A stretch of DNA of 64,000 nt from Malacoraja senta (Eukaryota): NCBI GenBank assembly GCA_038087875.1, contig CM075997.1, forward strand, positions 6,016,001 through 6,080,000, read 5' to 3'. Numbering within the stretch: position 1 is the stretch's first letter; each line of letters begins with the position of its first letter. The notes below the pieces were generated by a model, which saw only the letters and a program-made list of their open reading frames with translations, searched no databases and was not told where the DNA came from. This document shows, piece by piece, positions 40,304 through 53,719 of this stretch. The position numbers were made by a program, and so were the translations under genes.

Positions 40304-40936
40304 AGGGCCTGGCCCACTTGGCCGTCATTTACGTGACAGGCCGGTAGTGACTGACGCGCAACGGTCGCGCGCGTCATCATGCGTCCGCACAGCCGTGTGA
40401 TGTCATTTGAAGATAGACACAAAATACAGGAGTAACTCAGCGGGACCAGCAGCATCTCTGGAGAGAAGGAATGGATGATGTTTCGGGTCGAGACTCTTCT
40501 TCAGTCTGAAGAAGCGTCTCGACCCGAAACGTCACCCATTGCTTCTCTCCAGAGATGCTGCCAGTCCCGCTGAGTTACTCCAGCATTTTGTGTCTATCTC
40601 CAATCGTCTTGGCCCCGCTCTGGGAGTAGGAGTGGGGGCGGATCCGGATCCGCAATGGCCGTGAGCCCCAGGCCAAGCTCGGTGATCGTTTGCTTGCTTC
40701 TGCTGCTGTTGGAGGTGAGACGTTGCGCCGCGCCAGAGTCTTGGGCCTGTCCCACTTTGGCCGTCAGCTACGCGACAAGCCGGTGGCGCGTGAAGATTTC
40801 GTGCAGGACGAAGTCCACGCCACTCCACACTCCTCCACACCACTCCATGCGCCTGTCCCGCACTACCCACACGCTACCCACACGCTAGCAGGTCGCATAA
40901 ATGGCGCGCGAATGACGGCCAAGTGGGACAGGCCCT
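40304..40936 (+). mobile_element. Full-length Harbinger-type MITE with embedded PLE-terminus palindrome
   Basis: TAA|AGGGCCTGGCCCACTTGGCCGTCATT...AATGACGGCCAAGTGGGACAGGCCCT|TAA; third internal TIR at ~40743; palindrome at ~40412-40598; inserted in an old CR1. Confidence 0.9.
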
Positions 40937-41934
40937 TAATGAAGAATAATTAAGTTCACCACACGATCTATATCAATTGGGAAGGTGGGTCAAGCAATGG
41001 GAAAAAGGAATTTAACTGATAACTGTGAATTTGGTATTCCAAACGAGGGCAAGATTTACACAGTAACTGTAGAGACCTGGAGAGTGCGGTAGAACTAAGA
41101 TATCGAGGCGTTCAGATGCATAGTTCCCTGAAAGTGGCCAGTCAGGTGGGGAGTGGGATGAAGAAGGTCTTTGGCACTTTTTGGCAGACCTTTGTTTGGC
41201 ATGCTTGCCTTCTTTGGGATGGCAATGAGTCCAAAAGTTGAGACATCATGATACAGCTGTTGGTGAGACCGCACTGGCAGTACTGTGTGCAGTTCTAGTT
41301 GTTCAGCTACAGGAAGGATAGTATTAAGTTGGAAAGGGTGCAGAACAAATCCACCAGGATGTTACCGGTACTTGCAGCCTTGAGTTATCGATTAATTCTG
41401 GATATGCTGGGAGTATTTTTCTTTGGAGTGTCGAAAACTGTCCTTGTTGAAGTGTACAAAAACATGAAGGGCATGGATAAGATTTTTCCCCGGGTAGAAG
41501 GCATAGGTTTCAACTGAGAGATTTAAGAGGGACCACAGTGGCAATGTTTTCACGAAGAAAGTGGTCCATATCTGGAATGAGCTGCCCAAGGAAGCTATAG
41601 AAACAGATACAATTAATACTTTCAAAAGGCATTGCACAGATATATGGAGAGGAAAGGTTTAAGGGGATGTAACCAAATGAAGGAAAATGGGACTAGCCCA
41701 GTATGCTGTCTTGGTCAGCATGGACGTTGGGCCAAAGGGCCTGTTTTCATGCAGTATTATTTTATGACTCTTCCAGGCTGCTACTGCTGATGTCTGCCGC
41801 ACCTCACAATTTGCTGCACGTTGCTACATGTGCTAGGTCACTTAAAGTTCATACTCCAGGTGATTTTCCATCAACCCACAGAAACATACTGCAGATGTAA
41901 CCCTAAAGTGTGGGCATTAATGTTTTTACAGGGT

Positions 41935-42946
41935 TACATAGATACATAGATACATAGAAATTAGGTGCAGGAGTAGGCCATTCGGCCCTTCGAGCCTGCA
42001 CCGCCATTCAATACGATCATGGCTGATCATCCAACTCAGTATCCCGTACCTGCCTTCTCTCCATACCCCCTGATCCCTTTAGCCACAAGGGCCACATCTA
42101 ATTCCCTCTTAAATATAGCCAATGAACTGGCCTCAACTACCCTCTGTGGCAGAGAGTTCCAGAGATTCACCACTCTCTGTGTGAAAAAGTTTTTCCTCAT
42201 CTCGGTCTTAAAGGATTTTCCCCTTATCCTTAAGCTGTGACCCCTTGTCCTGGACTTCCCCAACATCGGGAACAATCTTCCTGCATCTAGCCTGTCCAAC
42301 CCCATAAGAATCTTGTACGTTTCTATAAGATCCCCTCTCAATCTCCTAAATTCTAGCGAGTATAAGCCAAGTCTATCCAGTCTTTCTTCATATGAGAGTC
42401 CTGACATCCCAGGAATCAGTCTGGTGAACCTTCTCTGCACTCCCTCTATGGCTATAATGTCCTTCCTCAGATTTGGAGACCAAAACTGTACGCAATACTC
42501 CAGGTGTGGTCTCACCAAGACCCTGTACAACTGCAGTAGAACCTCACTGCTCCTATACTCAAATCCTCTTGCTATGAAGGCCAACATACCATTCGCTTTC
42601 TTCACTGCCTGCTGCACCTGCATGCCTACTTTCAATGACTGGTGTACCATGACACCCAGGTCTCGCTGCATCTCCCCATTTCCTAATCGGCCACCATTTA
42701 GATAATAGTCTGCCTTCCCGTTTTTGCTACCAAAGTGGATAACCTCACATTTATCCACATTATACTGCATCTGCCAAACATTTGCCCACTCACCCAGCCT
42801 ATCCAAGTCACCTTGCAGTCTCCTAGCATCCTCCTCACAGCTAACACTGCCCCCCAGCTTAGTGTCATCCGCAAACTTGGAGATGTTGCTTTCAATTCCC
42901 TCGTCCAGATCATTAATATAAATTGTAAATAGCTGGGGTCCCAGCA
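41935..42946 (-). mobile_element. Young 5'-truncated CR1, near-identical to the 3' kb of 58655-61857
   Basis: Open RT C-terminus (ORF 42036-42953, KFADD); (TCTATGTA)n tail. Confidence 0.93.
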
Positions 42947-43865
42947 ACCTCAAACCAGGTGTACTTAGCTGTAGACGCTTTCAATTTCTCTCTGTTTTAT
43001 CTGCTCATTATCCTTGAATTGCTTTAGATAGGAACTGCAGATGCAGATATTTAGCAAACATAGACAAAAGTGCTCGAGTAACTGAGAAATTCAGGCAGCA
43101 TCTCTCGAGCTAAAGGATGGGAGCCATTGACACCCATCCTTTTGCTCCAGATGCCTGACCCGCTGAGTTACTCCAGCATTTTGTGTCTATCTTCACTTTA
43201 TTCTTTCTCATTTTGTTTCTGTTATTCCCTTTGTCTATTACTTTTCTCTTTTTCGACTCCTTTCATGTTTTTCATGTTATGTCTTTACTCGTGGCACCAT
43301 TCACCTTTTCTTCAGTTTCTCTTTCCACTGCATTTACACTCATTTTCATTTTAATTGTCTTTTAGATGTAACCCTAATTTTGGAACTATTCCCTAACTCC
43401 TCCATGGTGCTTCTTACTGAACAAAAATATTGACTCCAGATATTTATTTTCCAGCTCAAGTTTTGCTCAGTATATGATTTCAAAAGGGATGATGCCACAA
43501 GGCTTGAGTCTATGTGATTGCAGTCCATCTTCGATTGCTTCAGTTGGAGTTATGTTGTCCTACAGCATAGAAACAGGCCCTTCGACCCAACTCATCCATA
43601 CTGAGGAAATGCCTATACTAGAGTTGACGAATAGAAGGGAAATTTGATAATAGTTACTATTATATTAACTATATGCTCAAGAAATCAAAAATGATCTATC
43701 TTTTCTTCCTTTCTCACACCCATACCCCGACTACTTATCATTCCTATAATTCTGCAATATTTTGTAGCCTGCTTTTCAAATTCATGTCTTGACTCCTGTT
43801 TATGTTGTTATTTTGTATCCCATTTCTTCTGCTTACAATGTATATCTTTATTTGTTTTTCATTAG

Positions 43866-43989
43866 GTGGAGGAAGTCATCCACTTTTGGTGCCATATGAT
43901 ACATTGACAGCGAAAGAAAAAGCTCGGGACAGGGAGAAAGCTCATGAACTGCTCAGATTCATGCAGATGCATGGATATGCTGTAACAAG
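43866..43989 (+). CDS. RYR1: RyR coding exon (~exon 57)
   Basis: attag|GT...AAG|gtaaa, 124 bp; [40 protein letters not shown]. Confidence 0.95.
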
Positions 43990-45589
43990 GTAAATGTATC
44001 TGTAATTCGTTTAAGCATTAATTACTTGCCACATTCCTATGTAAGAGATTTAATAAAATGTACATTAATTATCACGGGACTGATTGGGGATGCCTGCTGT
44101 CCTCTAAGTTACAAACATCTGACTCATGGGCACCCCTACATACAAATGAGCTCCCATAATATTTTTAAATTTCAACGTCCAATGTACACACACATATTTA
44201 TCTCTACTAATAGCACTGGTTTTCTTTCTCTCGTCACCTTGCGCAATTGCCTGTTTTTATAAGACCTATGTGATTTTAATGTAACATTAAAATACTGTGG
44301 CAGTATGGTTACTATATCAAGTGAATTTTGTGTATTTTCCAATGCATGGACAAAATATGGACATCTGGAAAAACAAAACTCATTTGTTACCCAGGAATGG
44401 CCTGTAGTCAGCATGGCTTCGTGCCTGGGAAAACATGATTGTGATTTGTTATTCTTTGATGAGGTGACTTGAAGGTGTGGTGGTACGGCAGTGTGGTGGT
44501 AGAGTGATTTTCAAACTGGAGGCCCGTAACAATGAGTGAGCCACCGGGTTCGGTGCTAGCTCCACTGTTGTTCATTATTTATATTAATGATTTGGATGAG
44601 AATGTAACTGGATTATACTAAAATTGGTGGTATGGTGGACAGCAAAGGAGATTATTTATGATTCCAAAAGGATCTTGATCAACTTGGTCAATAATCCAAG
44701 AAATGGCAGATGGAGCTTAATTAAGTGTTGCATCTTTTCAAGACAAGCCAGGACAGGACTTGCACAGTAAACAGTAGAGCCATGAGGAGTATTGTAGAAC
44801 TAAGAGACCAAGGGGTGCAGGTGTATCGTTCCATGAAAGTAGCGACAAAAGGTTCTGAAGAAGGCATTTGGCATTCTTGACTTCAACGGTCAGGGGAGTG
44901 AGTACAAGAGTTGAGCGGGTCAAGTTGCAACTATATAAGATGGTGTTAAGACCATGTTTGGAGTAGTGTGTACAGTTTTGGTCATCTTGCTATAGGAAGG
45001 AATTCAATAAACTGGAAAAGGTACAATATAGTTTTGTAAGTATGTTAATCATCTTGAGGGTTTGTGTTATAAGGAGAGGCTGGATAGTCAAGAGTTTTCC
45101 CCCCAGGATATGGTGTCTAAAACTAGAGAATGTAGGTTTAAGGTGAGAGGGGATAGATTTGAAAAGGACCCAAGAGGCAATGTTTTCACATGGTAAAGGG
45201 CCCTGGAGATAGTAGAAGAGCAGCCTAGGAGTATTGGCACATAACTCCTTGAAAGTGGCGACATGAGTAGACTGGCTAGTGAAGAAAATATTTCCAAGCT
45301 TGCCTTCATTGGTCAGTGTATTGAGTACTGGACGTGATGTCATACTACAGTTGTACTGAACATTGGTGAGACCACATTTGGAATATTGCATGCAGTTCTA
45401 GTCGTTCTGCAGTTGGAATGATGTCATTAAGCTGGAAAGACTGAAAGAAAAGATTCACCAGGATGTTACAAGGATGCATGCGCTTGAGTTACTAGGAGAG
45501 GCTGGATAGGCTATCATTTTTTCCCCTTGGAATATAGGCTGAGGGGTAACCTTGTGCAGGTATACAAAATCATGAGAGGCGTAGATGAA

Positions 45590-47572
45590 GAGTCAAGAGT
45601 GTTTTATTGTTATATGTCCCAAAACGGAACAATGACATTTTAATGTGCAGCAGCACATCAGATATGTATACAACAAAATAAACAACAAAAAAAGTTCTAT
45701 ATATATATATATATACACACAGTGGCTTGCAAAAGTATTCATACCCCTTGAACTTTTCCACATTTTGTCACGTTACAACCACAAACGTAAATGTATTTTA
45801 TTGGGATTTTATGTGATAGACCAACACAAAGTGGTGCATAATTGTGAAGTGGAAGGAAAATGATACATGGTTTTCAATTTTTTTACAAATAAAAAACTGA
45901 AAAGTGTGGCGTGCAAAAGTATTCAGCCCCCCTGAGTCAATACTTTATAGAACCATCTTTCGCTGCAATTACAGCTGCAAGTCTTTTGGGGTATGTCTCT
46001 ACCAGCTTTGCACATCTAGAGACTGAAAATTGTGCCCATTCTTCTTTGCAAAATAGCTCAAGCTCAGTCAGATTGGATGGAGAGCGTCTGTGAACAGCAA
46101 TTTTCAAGTCTTGCCAGAGATTCTCAATTGGATTTAGGTCTGGACTTTGACTGGGCCATTCTAACACATGAATATGCTTTGATCTAAACCATTCCATTGT
46201 AGCTCTGGCTGTATGTTTAGGGTCGTTGTCCTGCTGGAAGGTGAACCTCCGCCCCAGTCTCAAGCCTTTTGCAGACTCTAACAGGTTTTCTTCCAAGATT
46301 GCCCTGTATTTGGCTCCATCCATCTTCCCATCAACTCTGACCAGCTTCCCTGTCCCTGCTGAAGTAAAGCATCCCCAAAGCATGATGCTGCCACCACCAT
46401 GTTTCACAGTGGGGATGGTGTGTTCAGGGTGATGTGCAGTGTTAGTTTTCCGCCACACATAGCGTTTTGCATTTAGGGCAAAAACTTCAATTTTGGTCTC
46501 ATCTGACCAGAGCACCTTCCTCCACATGTTTGCTGTGTCCCCCACATGGCTTGTGGCAAACTGCAAACGGGACTTCTTATGGCTTTTTTTCAACAATGGC
46601 TTTCTTCTTGCCACTCTTCCATAAAGGCCCGATTTGTGGAGTGCACGACTGTCAGTTTAGGTGGACGGCCATGTCTTGGTAGGTTTGCAGTTGTGCCATA
46701 CTCTTTCCATTTTCGGATGATGGATTGAACAGTGCTCCGTGAGATGTTCAAAGCTTGGGATATTTGTTTATAACCTAACCCTGCTTTAAACTTCTCCACA
46801 ACTTTATCCCTGACCTGTCTGGTGTGTTCCTTGGGCTTCATGATGCTGTTTGTTCACTAATGTTCTCTAACAAACCTCTGAGGCCTCCACAGAACAGCTG
46901 TATTTATACTGAGATTAGATTACACACAAGTGGACTCTATTTACTAATTAGGTGACTTCTGAAGGCAATTGGTTGCACTGGATTTTAGTAAAGGGGGCTA
47001 AATACTTTTGCACGCCACACTTTTCAGTTTTTTATTTGTAAAAAAATTTGAAAACCATGTATCATTTTCCTTCCACTTCACAATTATGCGCCACTTTGTG
47101 TTGGTCTATCACATAAAATCACATTTACGTTTGTGGTTGTAACGTGACAAAATGTGGAAAAGTTCAAGGGGTATGAATACTTTTGGAAGCCACTGTATAT
47201 ATATATATAAAATAAATAATAATCGTGCAAAGATACAAACAATGTCCTTAAGTCTATGTAGTTTGGAGCTTATTTGGAGGTTGTAGTATATATCAGCCTG
47301 TTAGTTGTAGGGAAGTAGCTGCTCCTGGATACTAACGTTTTCAGGCCTCTATATCTTCTTCCCAATGACATGAGTGAAGTGAGAGTGTGGGCAGGGTGAT
47401 ATGGGTCTCTGACGATGGTGGCTGCCTTTTTGAGACAGCGACTCGTGTAGATCCCTTCAATGGTGGGGAGGTCAGTACCCTTGATGGATGGGCAGCATTA
47501 ACCACTTTATGCAGTCTTTGTTCCTGGGCATTCAAGTAGCCAAACCAGGCCATGATGCAACCAGTCAATATG
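45590..47572 (-). mobile_element. Rex1/Babar-type 3' fragment hosting a Tc1 in its (TA)n tract, itself inside an old CR1
   Basis: (TCAAGAG) tail at 45590; LTGCIMAWFG..RLHKVVNAA (ORF 47341-47568). Confidence 0.65.
45720..47195 (-). mobile_element. Tc1 DD34E transposon, Passport-like, with internal deletion/frameshift
   Basis: TIR CAGTGGCTTGCAAAAGTATTCATACCCCTTG...; MKPKEHTRQVRDKVVEKFKAGLGYK; WSDETK, QQDNDPKH-34aa-SPDLNPIE; deletion after GRPPKLT. Confidence 0.95.
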
Positions 47573-47574
47573 AG

Positions 47575-49160
47575 TAAGGGGATAGTGAAGGACTGAAGTG
47601 TGTTTACTACAATGCAAGGAATATAATTGGTAAAGCTGATGAACTTTGTCTAGGTCAGTGCTTCAAATTATAATGTCGTGGCCATTACGAAAACTTGGTT
47701 GTGAGCGGGATATGACTGGCAGCTAAACATGTCTGGGTTTTGATGTTTCGGACGAGACAGAGCAGGGGTAAAAGAGGTGGAGGAGTTTCTTTATTAACCA
47801 TGGAGAAGGCTGCAGCGGTACTCGGAGAGGACATACTGGAGGGCTCATCTTCTGAGATATTATGGGTTGAGCCCAAAAATATGAAAGGATAAATTAATCT
47901 AATGGGATTATATTAAAGACCCCCAATAGCCAGCAGGAGATGGAGGATCAGATATGTAAACAGATTACGGAAGGATGCAAGAACCACAGGGTTGTGATAG
48001 TGGGTGATGTGAACTTCACAATATTGACTGGGACTTACAACTAGAGATTTGGATGGGACAGAATTTGTTAGGTATATCCAAGATGGGATGCTTAAACAGT
48101 ATGTGGATAGTCCGACTCGAGGGAGGAACATACTGGACCTTGTGTTGAGAAACAAGCATGGCCGGGTGACCTGTGTCAAAGTGTTTTGGAGATAGTGGTC
48201 ACAACTGTTTTCAATAGGAATAGGTCTGAGACCAGTGTGTGCCGCAGGGATTCTTGTTGTATCCCCTGTTGTTTGTTATGTATATTTACAATTTGGATAA
48301 GAATGTAGATGGTTTGATTAGTAAGTTTGTGGATGATAACAGAAATGGTGGTCAATGAAGAAGGTTGGATAAGGTTACAATGGAATCCAGAACAACTGGG
48401 AAAGTGTATAAAGGAACGTCAGATAGAATTTAACTCAAACAAATGTAATTAAGCATTTGGTAAGTTAAACCAGGCCAAGAGATTCACAGTGAATGACAGG
48501 ACCTTGGGAAGTGTTGTAAAACTACAAGTGACACAGGTATAATATTCCCTGAAAGTGGCAACACAGGTAGACAAGGTAGTGATGACGGCATAAGTTCACA
48601 CAATACTCCAAGCTTGGAGTATTGTGTGAACTTCTGGTTGCCATACTAAGGGAAGGATGTGATTAAGCTGAGATAAGGTGGATGGTTACAGCTTTTTCCA
48701 GGGTAGGGGAATCTCAAACTAGATGGCATATGTTCAGGTTGAGAAGAGAAAAATTTAAAGAGGACCTGAGTGGCATGTTTTTCCCCACACAGAGCGTGGT
48801 GGGGATATGGAACAAGCCGACAGGAATGTAGTAGACCTGGAATCAATTACAGTGATGAAAATACAATTGGATGGGTTTATGGATAGGAAATTTTAGAAGG
48901 ATGTGAACTAAGTTCATACATATTGGAACAGCTCAGGAAGTCAGTTGATCAGCATAGACAAATAAGTAGGAAAGAACTGCAGATGCTGGTTTAAATCAAA
49001 GGTAGACACAAAATGCTGGAGTAATTCAGCGGGACAGGCAGCATCTCTGGAGAGAAGGAATGGGTGGCGTTTCGGGACGAGACCCTTCTTCAGACTGATG
49101 GTGGGTCACCCATTCCTTCTAGACAAATAAGTGCCTGTTTCTGTGTTGTATAACATTATG
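47575..49160 (+). mobile_element. Old CR1 remnant (endonuclease and RT fragments)
   Basis: LKCVYYNARNIIGK..VAITKTWL-like APE start; CR1 3' region. Confidence 0.7.
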
Positions 49161-49593
49161 ACAGGAGGGGCTGTGAAAAGTAGGAATACAATGATTCCCT
49201 CTGCATAACATTTTAGAGAAGGAGTATAATTAAATGATTCAATGCTTAAGCATTTCTATTAAAGAAAAGGCACCAACATTTTAATCATGCAGCTTTTCCT
49301 TCTTCACCTCCAAGAGATCCAAAATTGTATATGTTGCATGTATGCGCATTGTAGTGTGAGACATGCAAACTGCTATATTGAATATCAACAGACTTATACC
49401 ACACAAATGCAGTGGAAGCAGATTATCACATCAGTTGGCTTGCCATACTGATTTGATGTCACTATTGCTATTTTGCTGCTCATTTCTCCAATGTCCATAT
49501 AAAGCTGAAGAAAACAGCAGGAAAGGCCCACAATTGCTGCTACTTAAAAGTAATCAACCACTTCAAAGTTAATTGTTAGTTAATTTCTTCTGA

Positions 49594-49908
49594 TTTTAGT
49601 TTAGTTTTCTGATACAGCGCGGAAACAGTCCCTTCGGCCCGCCGAGTCCGCACCTACCAGCGATCCCCGCACATTAACACTATCCTACACACACACAAGG
49701 GACAATTTACATTATACCAAGCCAATTAAGCTACAAACCTGTATGTCCTTGCAGTGTGGGAGGAAACCAAAGATCTCAGAGAAAACCCACGTAGGTCACG
49801 GGGAGAACGTACAAACATCGTACAGACAAGCACCCGCAGTCAGGATCGAACCCAGGTCTCTGGCGCTGTAAGGCAGTAGCTCTACCTGCTGCACCACTGT
49901 GCCTCCCA
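49594..49908 (-). mobile_element. tRNA-derived V-SINE (HE1-like)
   Basis: Minus strand A box TGGTGCAGCAGG, B box GGTTCGATCC (49843-49852), V-core ..tttcctcccacac.., CR1-like tail and (AAACT)n; partial copies at ~11740-11945, 50825-50900, 55745-55900. Confidence 0.85.
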
Positions 49909-50370
49909 CTGTTGTATGTTATTTGTTGAAATATTTTAATTGATCAAGATACAGAAGTCTACACTGAATGGTGTGCAAAAATTTAAATGGTATTTTGCTG
50001 AGTTACAACCTTGGAGTAGAACAAGGAGTGCTTTCTCAGCTGGACATACAAGAGACGGCAGATGCTGGAATCTTGATTGAAAATAATGAACCGCTGGAGG
50101 AACTCTGTAGGTCAGGCAGCACCTATAGAGGGAAATGGACAGATGATATTTTGAGCCAGGACCATCTTCATACTGATGGAATAGAGATGACAGGTAGAAA
50201 GAGGTGAAGGGAAGGAGTGATGCTCTTAGCCTCCTGAGTCCACATGGCTCACTAACACTAATCCTACATCAACCTCACATTCTCATCAACTCTCCCCAGA
50301 TTCAACCTCTCACCTACAAACAAGGAGCATTTACATCAGCTGTAGGAGCCATTAAGCTTAAGTCAGTATA

Positions 50371-50786
50371 TTATAGCCATGTCTAACATTTCTAATATTT
50401 TTATTTGTATCTGCATGCTTGTAGGTTGGATTTAATACGTAGAGGGGTGTGTCTATATCTGAAGAGGCTAGCGTAGGCTCGTTAATTTAGTTTCAGTTTA
50501 CCTCGTGGGATTGTATGAATAACAGTTTTCGCCAATGGCCAAGCCATGAGCTGAGCCGAGAGCTATGAGTCATGGACATGATTACGGGCTTAGAGCAAGT
50601 TTATGTAATGATTGGAACAGCTATGAAGAACAGAAAGTGATGGACTATATCATTGTTTTGTATTACTTCAATAAAAACCAGTTAATCAAGTTTCAACGAC
50701 TGGAAGACTTATTCTTATCATCTCTGGAGCTCGGTGAGTGCGTGAACTATATCTCCACTACATCCTACGAGAAGTTATGGCTATAA
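50371..50786 (+). mobile_element. Possible solo LTR or small TIR element
   Basis: Terminal inverted TTATAGCCAT...ATGGCTATAA, internal AATAAA; interrupts a SINE remnant; no clear TSD. Confidence 0.4.
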
Positions 50787-52160
50787 AGGTTGGACCTTGA
50801 GAATGTTACTAAAACTGCCATTATACCAGCCAATTAAATTACCAACCCGCAAGTCTTTGGGATGCTGGAGCGCCTGGGAGAAACCCACACAGTCACAGGG
50901 ACGACAGGCAAACACCCATCCAGAACCCTAGTTCAGGTTTGGACCTGACATCAAAGCAATACTTGGCTGTTTGTTAAGTAAGCTACGGCCACTGAACTTC
51001 GGGTAGGATCAACATTGACAATTTCACCTCATGAAGTCCGGTGACAGGATGGGAAGATAAACACCAGCATCAGCCACTTGGCGTGTCCCAAACGTATAGC
51101 GTGTATGGATAAATCTAAGACTTAACTTCCCTGGATGACACAGGTCGCCCTTTAAAAGCTCCGATTCGCTTGATTTCACAATAAATGAAGGAAAAATTGG
51201 AATAGGATGTAAAGCATGCCAGAAATAGGAAAATAGATAGAAAGAGTTTATTTTGAGTTTTACAATAAGTTAGCAGAGGGTTGGTCCTGTGGAATAAATA
51301 ATGAGGGAAAAAAGGAGAATGCTGATGATTTGAACTATTAGGTTACTTCATTATAGAGGATATGAGTAACATCCCTGAAACTGCTATAAATTTAGGGATT
51401 GGAAGCAAGAGGAAATTAGAAAAATTATTACCAATAGGGCTTGGTGCTGACATCTCAGAGTCATGTTGTCATAGAATCATACTGCACAGAAAGAGGCCCT
51501 TCGGCCCAAATCATCCATGCCACCGAAGATGCTGCATCTGGGTGAGTCCCATTTACCCATTTGGTCCACATCCCTCCAAACCCTTCCTATCCAGTGTCTT
51601 TTAAATATTATTACACCTGCTTCAACTTACCTTGTTTGGCAGCACATTGCATATACCCACCACCCTCTGTGTGGAAAAAGGACATTATCCTAGGCTTCAC
51701 AAAGAAGTGGATAATGAGATAGATGATGTGTTGGTTTTAAATTGTCCCAATTCCCTCGGTTCGAGGGAGGTTCTGTTAGATTGTAATTATAGCAAATGTG
51801 ACTACATTTCCAAAATGGAGGGAAACGGAGAGCAGGTGCCATTAGGACAAACATCTATCATGGGGAAAGTATAAGGGATGCACAATGCCAACCAACTGAT
51901 ATAATTAGACATTATGTGTGGAGGAACTTGCCACAAACGATGCTGTCATATTTTGTGGGTCTCAACCACAGGTGTAACTCAGTCATTGTCATTAGATCAA
52001 GTGGAATTCCGCTCACTATCAAAGGGTGACCACAGTTGAAATTAAAGAAATCTCAAAACATGGCCTCATTTTGGAGAGAAAGATAATCATTATACTGAAA
52101 CACGTTTATTACATTAACAATTCATATTTATAAAGTAGCAATTTTTTTCATCTTTTATAG

Positions 52161-52276
52161 AGGTATGAAAGATATGGAATTGGACACATCTTCAATCGAG
52201 AAGAGATTTGCCTATGGTTTCCTGAAGAAATTGTTGCAGTGGTTGGACATAGCTCAAGAGTTTGTTTTACATATAG
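52161..52276 (+). CDS. RYR1: RyR coding exon (~exon 58)
   Basis: tatag|A...ATAG|gtaagt, 116 bp; [38 protein letters not shown]. Confidence 0.95.
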
Positions 52277-53651
52277 GTAAGTAGTGAAACTACTACATAC
52301 ATTTTTTTTTTTTTTGTGATGGACTATATCATTGTTTTGTATTACTTCAATAAAAACCAGTTAATCAAGTTTCAATCATTACATAAACTTGCTCTAAAAA
52401 AAAGTTTTTAACCATAGGCAAAAAAAACAAAAAAAAACATTTATATACTAGAAAATAAATGTTCATTTGGAAAGCATAACTCTAAATGTATGATGTTCAT
52501 TTTTCATCCCACATATAATAGAGACCACGGACTTAGAGATTCTTCAACATCCAGAGAAGAGTTAAACCCTTGAAATCAAATTTTTTCAAACTTGTGCACC
52601 GAGAGAAAATGTATTTTCTGCATGTTATAACACACTTATGCCTGATTCCAGGGGTAGTCTTACCCATTGTAAAATTGAATCTGGCATTTCCAGGTTGAAA
52701 AACCTCTTGCCTGTCATTTTTCTGTCATCATTACCTGCTTGGTTACATCAGCAACATATACCATGCTTACTTACATTGTTCCATCAGAATTTAATCTAAA
52801 AGTCACATTCCAACTAGGAGAAACCTTGCATAAAATCAGCATCTATATATACATTAATGGCACAATCCTTTATATGGCCTACAGTCTTCACCTGATAAAT
52901 ATGGCAACATTTATATATCATTGCAATGCTGCGATTATTGTATCTGCAGTATATTAGTGAATGAGTAACTCTGCAAACTACCCTCATGCTTACATTAAAG
53001 CATATTTCAACATGTTAGCAGTTATTGTTTGGTGCTCCTGACATGGGTTTCAGACCAAAACTCAGCCCCGATTATTATCAAAATTGGGTGGTATCTAATT
53101 TCTTAGAAATTTAAGAAGCTGGAGCTGGATGAAGATTAACTAATTAATTCTATCAGGAGAAACAAATTGCATAAAATATTATTTTGCCTGGTTAAATGGC
53201 AATGAGTCATGGTAACATACGATTGTGTGATCACTTCTTAAACATATTGTTTAATATGTTATTGATTTGGTTAGGAGTCAAGAACAAGCTTAAATGTAAG
53301 AAATTTAAATTCATGAATCAGAATGCAGCTTTACCTGGATTATCAGGATTATGGTTTAAGGCAGATAGCTATTAAATAATAGATTCAATTGATTGGTAGA
53401 AGAATGCAAGAACAGTACAGGTAAATATACAGAGCTACTTTCTTGTATGAAGACAACATAATTACCTCTGCATGATAATTATTAGTATGTGAATTGGTTT
53501 AATCCCTATTGTTGAATGGAGAATGAGAAAAGGTTTTTGTAAATCAGCATTTTAATATAATTTGGATAATATTGCTATTTGAGCCTCGCATTTTAGTTTT
53601 GTCAGAAAAGGTTGTCCCGCCAATGTAATCTTTCCTTCTTTAATAATATAG

Positions 53652-53719
53652 AGGCTGTTGTAAGCAGTGGAAGAGTTGAGAAATCCCCTCATGAACAGGA
53701 GATCAAGTTCTTTGTAAAG
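53652..53719 (+). CDS. RYR1: RyR coding exon (~exon 59)
   Basis: tatag|AG...AAG|gtatg, 68 bp; [23 protein letters not shown] (RYR1-type). Confidence 0.95.

Noticed and set aside
49840..49908. tRNA gene
   Set aside because: The A/B boxes belong to a SINE head that continues into the V-core and LINE-like tail.
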